Source: Fidelibacterota bacterium (GTDB taxonomy: Bacteria > Fidelibacterota > Marinisomatia > Marinisomatales > S15-B10). Taken from it: 14,538 bases of DNA. The position numbers were made by a program, and so were the translations under genes. Of the stretch, positions 7,659 through 14,538 are shown piece after piece. Each line of letters opens with the position of its first letter. Position 1 is the first letter of the stretch. Under the pieces are notes generated by a model. The model made no database searches and had not been told where the DNA came from. It worked only from the letters and a program-made list of their open reading frames with translations. The stretch is from NCBI GenBank assembly GCA_046861655.1, contig JBHIAI010000042.1, positions 1-14,538 of the forward strand, written 5' to 3'.

Positions 7659-9458
7659 TTAACCCCGCTGGAGGTATATTACCAGTTTTTGGCCGGGAAA
7701 AATAAACTCTCCGCGGCCGATCCTGTTCCAGGTTCTGATCTTGCTCACCGAAGTACCGTAGCGGACGGCAATATGACTGAGGGTGTCCCCTCTCTGAACG
7801 GTGTACACCTCCTTTACAACAGACCTCGAATCAGACGCCGGCCCCCCGGAAGACCCCATGGGGATGATGAGTCTCTGGCCCGGATATATGTATTCCCCGT
7901 ACCGGAGACCGTTCCACTGCCGCAGCGTTCTGGCCGATGTGCCGTACCGGAGGGCAATATGACCCAGGGTGTCTCCCCTTTTCACCATGTACGCCATTGT
8001 GGGACGGTCCCCGGACCGCGAGGACGCGGCCAGAGAGCCCGAACGGGCCAGGGAAGGAACCGGAATCGTCAGCTTCTGACCTATCTGCAGCCGGTGGTAA
8101 TTCCTGATCTTGTTGATGGAGGCGATATGGTGAATAGAGACCCGGTACTTCTGGGCGATCAGGGAGAGGGTTTCTCCCTTTCTCACCGGGTGAACCACGT
8201 ACTGGGGGGAAAAACGCTCATCATCCGGCAGGATGGAAAAGGCCGCAAGAAACTTCTCCTTGGTTCCTCTGGGAAGTTTTAGGGTGTAGGTCTGATCGGG
8301 AGGGGTGGCGAATTGCCTCAGCTCAGGATTGAACTCCTTGAGCCTGTCCGCAGAAATACCGGCACTTCTGGCAATCACGGACAGGTCGGCACCCTTTTCC
8401 AGCACCACCTCATCAAAGTCCAGAGGATCGGTTTCAGGTCTTTTGAAACCAAAGGCCTGGGGGTCCCGGGTGATAATGGCCGTCGCCAAGAAGGTGGGTA
8501 TATGGTTTCGCGTTTCCCGGGGCAGGGAACTCAACCGCCAGAAATCCCGGGTTTGATGAAGCCTGATGGCCCGGTTGACCCGTCCTGTACCGGCGTTGTA
8601 AGCGGCCAGGGTCAGATACCAGTCATCGAATTCGATGAAAAGATCCTTCAGGTAATCCGCCGCCGCTTTGGTCGATTTTATGGGATCCCTTCGCTCGTCA
8701 ATCCACCAGGTACGACTCAGGCCATAACGCCTCGCAGTGGACGACACGAATTGCCACAGACCGGCAGCATGGGCCCCAGAGTAAGCCTTGGGATTCAGGC
8801 CACTCTCCACCATGGAATGAAAAATCAGCTCCTCCGGGAGCTCGTTTTCCTTCAGTATGCCGATGATAAGGTCCGAATACACCCCGTACCGGGACAACCA
8901 GGTCTGGAAGTTGCGACGGCCCCTCGTCTGGAAGAATTCGATGGCTTGCTCTACCCGTTTATTGATGACCAGGGGAATATGACCTTCCCGGTCGTCAATC
9001 ACCCGGAACTTGGAACCGTTGATCTCGAATTCGACGGGCTCCAGGTATTGGGACAACTCTTCCTTCAAAATGGCAGTTGAAATGGGAGTCTCTATGGTGT
9101 CTACCGTGCGAAAATGGTGCTCATAGGTGTGAAGCAGCGTTCGTTCGAACCGGTCGTACTCCACCCGGTCGTCCTCAGCCATTTCCCCCAGCTGTTCGGC
9201 TTCCGTCATGAGTTCCACAATCTTATCTATGAGATACAGAACTTCCAGAGTGTCACCGTGATGATCTGCGATCAAGGCCTCTGCAAAAAAGGCTTTCGCA
9301 TCGGAAAGAATGAGAGGAAACCGGTTCGCTCCCTCCAGAAGGGGTTCGTCCTGTTCCGTGGACGAAGAATCAGGGCGGGCACCGGAGGCCACTGCCAGCG
9401 AAAGGAACAGCAGCGCGGTAACTCCCAGCGAAGGTCGATTGGCTTTCCTTAGCCCCAT
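7659..9458 (-). CDS. mltD: MltD-like lytic murein transglycosylase with C-terminal LysM domains
   Basis: Signal peptide (LGVTALLFLSLAVASG), SLT motifs MVESGLNP (catalytic Glu), AAGLWQF, DERRDP..ST.AA, LAAYNAG.G and LPRET, and three LysM domains. The start is either ATG 9458 or TTG 9509. Confidence 0.92.
   Translation of the reverse strand: MGLRKANRPSLGVTALLFLSLAVASGARPDSSSTEQDEPLLEGANRFPLILSDAKAFFAEALIADHHGDTLEVLYLIDKIVELMTEAEQLGEMAEDDRVEYDRFERTLLHTYEHHFRTVDTIETPISTAILKEELSQYLEPVEFEINGSKFRVIDDREGHIPLVINKRVEQAIEFFQTRGRRNFQTWLSRYGVYSDLIIGILKENELPEELIFHSMVESGLNPKAYSGAHAAGLWQFVSSTARRYGLSRTWWIDERRDPIKSTKAAADYLKDLFIEFDDWYLTLAAYNAGTGRVNRAIRLHQTRDFWRLSSLPRETRNHIPTFLATAIITRDPQAFGFKRPETDPLDFDEVVLEKGADLSVIARSAGISADRLKEFNPELRQFATPPDQTYTLKLPRGTKEKFLAAFSILPDDERFSPQYVVHPVRKGETLSLIAQKYRVSIHHIASINKIRNYHRLQIGQKLTIPVPSLARSGSLAASSRSGDRPTMAYMVKRGDTLGHIALRYGTSARTLRQWNGLRYGEYIYPGQRLIIPMGSSGGPASDSRSVVKEVYTVQRGDTLSHIAVRYGTSVSKIRTWNRIGRGEFIFPGQKLVIYLQRG
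7674..8192 (-). repeat. Three 44-codon LysM repeats within mltD (8061-8192, 7860-7991, 7674-7805)
   Basis: HPVRKGETLSLIAQKY...IGQKLTIP, YMVKRGDTLGHIALRYG...PGQRLIIP and YTVQRGDTLSHIAVRYG...PGQKLVIY. Confidence 0.9.
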
Positions 9459-9505
9459 TTTCTCGCCGCCAGTGGGAGCGAACTTAATGGAAAAACCAGA
9501 ACCCT

Positions 9506-9991
9506 TCAACCGTTTTTTCCCTGAAGCGAACGGCGAATCTTCTCAAGAAGAAGTCGCGTGCCCCGGCCCCGGATGAGGGGAACCGTCACCACTTTTCCAC
9601 CCCACGATTTCACCAGGCCGCCCCCCACGATCTCGGACTCTCCATAGTCTGCCCCTTTTACCAGTATCTCCGGTCTTACCTTCTTAATGAGCTCTTCAGG
9701 GGTTTCCTCATGGAAGATCGTAACGTCATCCACGACCGCCAGGGCATCCACGATGGCCGCCCGGTCCTCAGCCGACTGAATGGGCCGACCGGCCCCCTTC
9801 AGCCTTTCCACCGACTGGTCCCCGTTGATTCCCACGAACAGACAATCCCCTTCGCCCCTGGCCCGCTCCAGAAGCTCAATGTGGCCCCGGTGTAGAAGAT
9901 CAAAGCACCCGTTGGTGAAGACCACCACCCGGCCCCTGTGACGAAGATCGTCACACCGGCTCGCCATCTCTCCCTGGGATATGACCGCCAC
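9506..9991 (-). CDS. rfaE2: D-glycero-beta-D-manno-heptose 1-phosphate adenylyltransferase (stand-alone HldE C-terminal domain)
   Basis: VVFTNGCFDLLHRGH (HxGH), VGINGD.SV.RLKG.GRP, F.EETP.ELI...RP..LVKGADY. Confidence 0.92.
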   Translation of the reverse strand: MAVISQGEMASRCDDLRHRGRVVVFTNGCFDLLHRGHIELLERARGEGDCLFVGINGDQSVERLKGAGRPIQSAEDRAAIVDALAVVDDVTIFHEETPEELIKKVRPEILVKGADYGESEIVGGGLVKSWGGKVVTVPLIRGRGTRLLLEKIRRSLQGKNG

Positions 9992-9992
9992 C

Positions 9993-11180
9993 CTAATCCC
10001 TCAAAGGACACACCCTGCACAGGTCCAACTTGCAATAACGGTCCACGAGGGACAGCAACCCTTGCTGAATACCGAAATTCGACAGGTCCCCCGGCGAAAC
10101 GTGGGACCCGAAACGGCGCGTGAGCTGACCGTAGGCATACCCCAGGTCGATATGGAACCAGCGGGTGAACAAAGCCTCATCTCCTCCCCCACCCTGAACT
10201 TGATTCCAGGCCTCCTGACAGGGGAGGATCACGTTGCCCACCCATTCACCGCACCATCCTGGACCGGGAAGGGCAGACCGGGAAAAAACTTTGTTGAGAT
10301 TCTCAACAGTTGCGTCAAATCGTCTCTCCCAGGGTTTCCATCCCTGAATCAACGCCCAGACCAGGGCGGCACCGAAATGAATTCTCCGTTCGGGATAGGC
10401 GTGGGGACGAAGGCCCCGTCTCACCCATGGGGAGGATTTGAACAGGGGGGGAAACGGGATGTGCTGTCGCTCCGTAAACCCTCCGCGTACCAGTAGAGCC
10501 ACCGCGATTTCCTCCCCCGTACGTAGGGACCGCAATTCGGAAAGGGGTGTCTTCAAGGCCAGGTGGCTGAAAGGGCGCTCGTTGCCCTTAAGACCGAGAG
10601 CCCAGAACGACTGCACATAGAAGACCTCGTCCGGACGGCCGAGACTGCGAAAGCCCTCCCGCAGGATCCTCACCCTGTCCAGCCACCTCCCGTAGGCCAG
10701 GGGAACAAGACCTTCCAGAAGGCGTTCGTGCAACTCCCTTCCATCCAGACGGCAGGTGTCCGGAAGGGGACCGGCTGCCTCCTCACGGACAGCCAGGAGA
10801 GCCGCAACTTCATTCTTTCCCTGTGTCACTGCCCTCCGGTTTCCCGCCACGGCCACCACGTGAAGCAGCACGTTATTGTACCGGGAATCAAGGTGGTGAC
10901 CGTGAGCAAACCAGTCCCTTTCGAAAAGGTGACATTCAACATCCCCCCGCCGGAGCTTTCCTTCTATCATAAGACTGGCTTTCTGGATGTCCGGACCGTC
11001 GTGGGGGTTGGACATCCCTCCGTCAAGCAAATAGACCGGGCGTCCGTTGGACAGGGTAAACCGGGTCCCTGGCGCCAGGGCCCTCCACCACTGGACAAGC
11101 TCTGACTCCGAACCGAAATGTGATCCTCCAGGAGACCGGACACCGTGGACCGGAAACCGGGGGCGAACGAATAACGTCAC
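9993..11180 (-). CDS. DUF2851 family protein
   Basis: The N-terminal G..N...GPD...A...I.G....GDVE.H....DW..HGH..D..YNNVLLHVV, the central LG...N..PF..LA and RP.AYP.RR, and the C-terminal QQGLL.L...YC....C..C match the DUF2851 pattern. Its GTG overlaps the plsC stop (GTGA). Confidence 0.85.
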   Translation of the reverse strand: MTLFVRPRFPVHGVRSPGGSHFGSESELVQWWRALAPGTRFTLSNGRPVYLLDGGMSNPHDGPDIQKASLMIEGKLRRGDVECHLFERDWFAHGHHLDSRYNNVLLHVVAVAGNRRAVTQGKNEVAALLAVREEAAGPLPDTCRLDGRELHERLLEGLVPLAYGRWLDRVRILREGFRSLGRPDEVFYVQSFWALGLKGNERPFSHLALKTPLSELRSLRTGEEIAVALLVRGGFTERQHIPFPPLFKSSPWVRRGLRPHAYPERRIHFGAALVWALIQGWKPWERRFDATVENLNKVFSRSALPGPGWCGEWVGNVILPCQEAWNQVQGGGGDEALFTRWFHIDLGYAYGQLTRRFGSHVSPGDLSNFGIQQGLLSLVDRYCKLDLCRVCPLRD

Positions 11181-11923
11181 TCCGGGACCTCCCTGGAAGT
11201 CTCACCCCGTTCAGAGAGCCAGGCTTTCCTTAGAGCCAACACTTCCTGTCTGACCGTATTCGCGAAATCACTCCTGTTTCGGTCCCTCCAGGGCTCAGTA
11301 TCGATGGGAGAGCCCACCCTCAATTCAACCTTTCCCTTTCTGATCATGAGGGAACGGGGGGGCAGCACCCTGGCCGTGCCGCAGATCGCCACCGGCACCA
11401 CAGGCATGTCCAGATCGATGGCCAGTCCCAGACCTCCCTTTTTGAAGGGGTGGATTTCACCATCTCGACTGCGGGTTCCCTCCGGAAATATCAGGACGGA
11501 CCTGGGGTACTTCCGCAATGATTCCCTGGCTTCTTCCAGGGTTTCCATGGCCTTTCTGTAATCTCGTCGATCCACAAAAATATGCTTGGCCCTGGACATA
11601 GCCCACCCCATAACGGGAATCTTCTTCAATTCCTTTTTGGCCACCGGTACGGCATGATAGGGAAGTCCTCCCAGGGCCAGGGGAATGTCAAAGGCACTCT
11701 CATGGTTGCATGCAAAGAAATAATGTCTTTTCGGATCCAGGTTCTCCAGGCCCCTGACCCGGGTCACGACACCGCTGGCTGCGACCAGAATCCGGGCCCA
11801 CAACCTCACAACCCCGCCGATCAAGCGACCGCGGAAATCGAACGGACTGATGATCAACACCACAATGCCCAGAAGACCCGTGGCGAGCACATGGACGATA
11901 ATGAAGAAACCGGTTCGAATCAC
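11177..11923 (-). CDS. plsC: 1-acyl-sn-glycerol-3-phosphate acyltransferase
   Basis: NHESAFD (HxxxxD), AKKEL..IP..GW, FVDR, IFPEGTRS and FKKG...A....PVVPV. Confidence 0.93.
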   Translation of the reverse strand: MIRTGFFIIVHVLATGLLGIVVLIISPFDFRGRLIGGVVRLWARILVAASGVVTRVRGLENLDPKRHYFFACNHESAFDIPLALGGLPYHAVPVAKKELKKIPVMGWAMSRAKHIFVDRRDYRKAMETLEEARESLRKYPRSVLIFPEGTRSRDGEIHPFKKGGLGLAIDLDMPVVPVAICGTARVLPPRSLMIRKGKVELRVGSPIDTEPWRDRNRSDFANTVRQEVLALRKAWLSERGETSREVPE

Positions 11924-11948
11924 ATCATCTGCCCCCTCTGGCCGGGGA

Positions 11949-13211
11949 CTATTTCAGGACGGAAGTACCCATGTAGGGCTGAATCACCTCCGGAATCATG
12001 ACGGTACCCTCTTCCGTCTGGTAGGATTCAAGAAGGGCCACCATCAGCCGGGCAGTGGCCACGCCGGACCCGTTCAGGGTATGAAGGTAGTGAAGCTTGC
12101 CCTCTTCCCCTCGAAACCGGATGTTGGCCCTTCGGGCCTGAAACGATTCGTAATTACTACAGCTTGACACTTCCAGCCATCGCTTTTCTCCCGGGGCCCA
12201 CACCTCCAGATCGTAACATTTGGCGGCGGCGAAACTGAGATCACCTGTACTCAACAGGACCACGCGGTAATGAAGTCCCAGTGCCTGGAGAACGGATTCA
12301 GCATCGGCCGTCAGGGTTTCCAGATCATCGTAGGACCCCTCCGGCCGGACGAATTCCACCAGCTCAACCTTATTAAACTGGTGAACCCTCAAAAGACCCC
12401 GCGTCTCCCGTCCGTATGACCCTGCTTCCCGGCGGAAACAGGGGGTGTAGGCCACATACCGGATGGGGAGATCCTGGGCATCAAGGACTTCCTCCCTGTG
12501 AATATTGGTGAGAGGCACCTCCGCCGTGGGAATAAGGAACAAATCGTCCTGATCCACCCGGTACATGTCATCTTCCAGTTTCGGAAGCTGTCCGGTGGCC
12601 TCTGTGGCAGGACGGAGGGCCAGGAAAGGGGGCGACACCTCCCGGTATCCCCTTTGAACATGATGGTCCAGCATGAAGTTGATCAGGGCTCGCTCCAGGG
12701 TGGCCCCTTTGCCCGTGTACAGGGGAAAACCTGACCCGGACAGTTTGGACGCCCGTTCGAAGTCAAACACGCCCAGGGATTGACCTAGCTGTAGATGATC
12801 CAGGGGGTCGTAATCAAACTCCGGGGGATCGCCCCATTTCCGCACTTCCACGTTGGCCTTTTCATCTTTCCCAACGGGGACGGTTTCATGAGGAATGTTG
12901 GGAACCCAGACAAGAAGCTTGTCCAGATCTCCCTCAAGAGCGTCAAGCCCACCCTCTTTCTCCTTGATGGTGGCCGAAAGGGTCCGCATATCCGAAATCA
13001 GGGAATGGGCGTTCTTTTTCTCTTTTTTGAGTTCGCTGATTTCCTCGCTCGCCCGGTTCTTTTCCGCCCGGAGTTCCTCCACCTCCTTAAGCCGGTTTCT
13101 GATCTCGAGATCCAGCTCAAGAATCCTATCCACATCCACCGATTCTCCCCGCTGGGAAACGGCCAACTTTACCCGGTCCTGATGCTTGCGGATGTATCTT
13201 AATGAAAGCAC
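11949..13211 (-). CDS. serS: Serine--tRNA ligase
   Basis: N-terminal coiled coil, PN.PH..VP.G, LIPTAEVP, motif 2 CFRREAGSYG...RGL.RVHQF.KVE, YDLEVW, EVSSCSN...FQARR and motif 3 HTLNGSG.A..R. Confidence 0.98.
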   Translation of the reverse strand: MLSLRYIRKHQDRVKLAVSQRGESVDVDRILELDLEIRNRLKEVEELRAEKNRASEEISELKKEKKNAHSLISDMRTLSATIKEKEGGLDALEGDLDKLLVWVPNIPHETVPVGKDEKANVEVRKWGDPPEFDYDPLDHLQLGQSLGVFDFERASKLSGSGFPLYTGKGATLERALINFMLDHHVQRGYREVSPPFLALRPATEATGQLPKLEDDMYRVDQDDLFLIPTAEVPLTNIHREEVLDAQDLPIRYVAYTPCFRREAGSYGRETRGLLRVHQFNKVELVEFVRPEGSYDDLETLTADAESVLQALGLHYRVVLLSTGDLSFAAAKCYDLEVWAPGEKRWLEVSSCSNYESFQARRANIRFRGEEGKLHYLHTLNGSGVATARLMVALLESYQTEEGTVMIPEVIQPYMGTSVLK

Positions 13212-13238
13212 GGGTATGCTCTAGGCGGCGTCAAGAGA

Positions 13239-13316
13239 TTGGTGAATGAAGCAGGGGGAAAATTACGATCCAACGGGTGAAATTACCATCCCATTCATCC
13301 TCTCCTGCCTCACCAA
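13239..13316 (-). other. Long imperfect hairpin in the serS 5' intergenic region (candidate structured RNA)
   Basis: Minus-strand pairs are UUGGUGA/UCACCAA, GGCAGG/CCUGCU, GAU/AUC, AAUGGG/CCCGUU and UGG/UCA around a UAAUU loop. Several G-U pairs form only on the minus (serS) strand. Confidence 0.45.
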
Positions 13317-13336
13317 AGGGCCAGCCCACGGGTGAG

Positions 13337-14215
13337 TCAAATCACCGTGTTGACCGATCGCGACCGGTCCCCGGGAGGCACTCGAACCAGGCAGATTCCC
13401 GTGAGGAAAAGATCGAGTGATACCTTGATTCCCTCTTTCTCCCGGACGGCTTGCCAGGCCATTTTCATGTCCCGTGACCAGGCAATGTCGTCAAGGACAA
13501 TCACGGCACCATCGGCCAGATAGGGGAGAATCTGGTCAACATAGGACACAGTGGCCCGACCGTCGTGATGCCCGTCAATGAACACGAAATCAATGGGATT
13601 GGACTCTCTCAACACCTCCGGCAGTGTGTCTTCGAAGCGTCCCACCACAGGGGGATTCATGCCCAGGCCGAGTTCATCCAGATGAGCCTGTGCAAGCCCT
13701 GCCAGAACGGTGGATCCTTCCAACGTTATCAGCCTGCCGCTCCCGTTCAACTGCAACCCTGCCCACTGGTAGGCGGCTGAAATGCCCAAGCCCGTACCCA
13801 GTTCAAGACATACGATGGGTCTGAACTTCCTGATGAGGCTGAACAGCATGAGCGCCCACTTTCCAGGATGGGCGTCAGTTCGGCATATCTCCCCGATGGT
13901 CCGTTTCACGACCTTCCCCCGCCTCATCTCGTCCGCAGACATCTGAAGACCGGGTCGACCTGCACCGAAATCGACCACCTCTATGTCCATGTGCGAAGTC
14001 TTGAGCCTTTTCCTAAGTGATTCGATTTTTCCGATCCACCTGCCTTCCCGGGAGGAAAACTGTCTCATTCTCACCTTTTGCAGGACCTCTCCCAAAGATC
14101 TCAGATCGCCGTCCTCCGATTGAAGGAGCTGACGCATCACTCTCCCCTTGGTCAGAACCCTCAGACTGTATCGTGGCGTTTCCCGGAGGGCCTGGATCAG
14201 TACGGGGAATCTCAT
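13337..14215 (-). CDS. Class I SAM-dependent methyltransferase (Methyltransf_24-like O-methyltransferase)
   Basis: Motif I LELGTGLGIS, ITLEG, G.F...L, DFVFIDGHH, IVLDDI.WS..M..AW, and N-terminal I.V.DFGAG. GGAG lies just upstream of the ATG. Confidence 0.9.
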   Translation of the reverse strand: MRFPVLIQALRETPRYSLRVLTKGRVMRQLLQSEDGDLRSLGEVLQKVRMRQFSSREGRWIGKIESLRKRLKTSHMDIEVVDFGAGRPGLQMSADEMRRGKVVKRTIGEICRTDAHPGKWALMLFSLIRKFRPIVCLELGTGLGISAAYQWAGLQLNGSGRLITLEGSTVLAGLAQAHLDELGLGMNPPVVGRFEDTLPEVLRESNPIDFVFIDGHHDGRATVSYVDQILPYLADGAVIVLDDIAWSRDMKMAWQAVREKEGIKVSLDLFLTGICLVRVPPGDRSRSVNTVI

Positions 14216-14239
14216 TTCACTCCACCGGACAAAGGATGG

Positions 14240-14265
14240 ACTGCCCGAAGACTCCGGGCAGTTTT
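14240..14265. terminator. GC-rich stem-loop; terminator-like polarity on the plus strand
   Basis: ACTGCCCG-aagactc-CGGGCAGT is a perfect 8-bp stem at 14240-14262, followed by TTT on the plus strand. Confidence 0.4.
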
Positions 14266-14296
14266 CGGATACTGTTTTGTCTCAATGGGGATAGAC

Positions 14297-14538
14297 CTAA
14301 AGGCCCAGGGAAATCTGAATGACACCGTCGACTTTTTGGTCGTCTTTCCTGGCGTCGTCCGTGCCTTCTTTCGCCAGCCATCGGTCGTAGAATAGATCAA
14401 AGGTAAGTCGAATCGCCGACGAAATGCGGAATTCACCCCGGATGCCCACAAGAATCCGTGTTTCAGGAGTGTCCCGGTTCGGATACAAAAACGGGATTTT
14501 TTCAAAAGTGTATTGCATAGCGACGGTTTCGTCACTTA
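14297..14538 (-). CDS. C-terminal fragment of a probable outer-membrane beta-barrel/exported protein (starts beyond the right edge)
   Basis: The frame of ORF 14297-14518 stays open to the window edge (..SDETVAMQYTFEK..). It contains alternating amphipathic strands ILVGIRGEFRI, IRLTFDLFYD and a terminal GVIQISLGL. Confidence 0.6.
   Translation of the reverse strand, partial: SDETVAMQYTFEKIPFLYPNRDTPETRILVGIRGEFRISSAIRLTFDLFYDRWLAKEGTDDARKDDQKVDGVIQISLGL

Noticed and set aside
13212..13336. T-box, tRNA, SRP or 6S RNA upstream of serS
   Set aside because: There is no T-box consensus, cloverleaf or TTCGA arm, or SRP GGAA/AGCAG domain, and the region is too short for a typical 6S RNA.
14212..14535. 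107-aa minus-strand ORF (MTKPSLCN...)
   Set aside because: It has no motifs, runs through the intergenic hairpin, and competes with a more protein-like frame that is open to the window edge.
1..14538. CRISPR arrays, IS elements, integrases, prophage or defence genes
   Set aside because: No regularly spaced repeats, terminal inverted repeats with a transposase, or such protein motifs were seen by eye. The only clear repeats are the LysM domains.

Overview
A GC-rich bacterial chromosomal segment made up mostly of housekeeping genes. An FCB-group origin (Marinimicrobia/Bacteroidota-like) is inferred from DUF2851, a bS22-type peptide, a TonB-dependent receptor with an N-terminal carboxypeptidase-regulatory-like domain and an LPS heptose enzyme. 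At the left end, a minus-strand complex I operon begins nuoA-nuoC-nuoD' with no nuoB between A and C. It shares a back-to-back promoter region with a plus-strand proline dehydrogenase and TonB-dependent receptor. Converging on these is a long minus-strand run: partial probable outer-membrane protein, class I SAM methyltransferase, serS, plsC, DUF2851, rfaE2, MltD-like LysM lytic transglycosylase, HU, a 31-aa ribosomal protein bS22 gene missing from the ORF track, xseA, xseB and nadK. I saw no mobile element, CRISPR array, tRNA or rRNA, and no clearly new multi-gene system. The best leads are the missing nuoB, the hidden bS22 gene coupled to HU, a possible nuclease-like and Cys-cluster architecture in DUF2851, and two structured leaders (an SD-sequestering hairpin before the TonB receptor and a 78-nt hairpin before serS).
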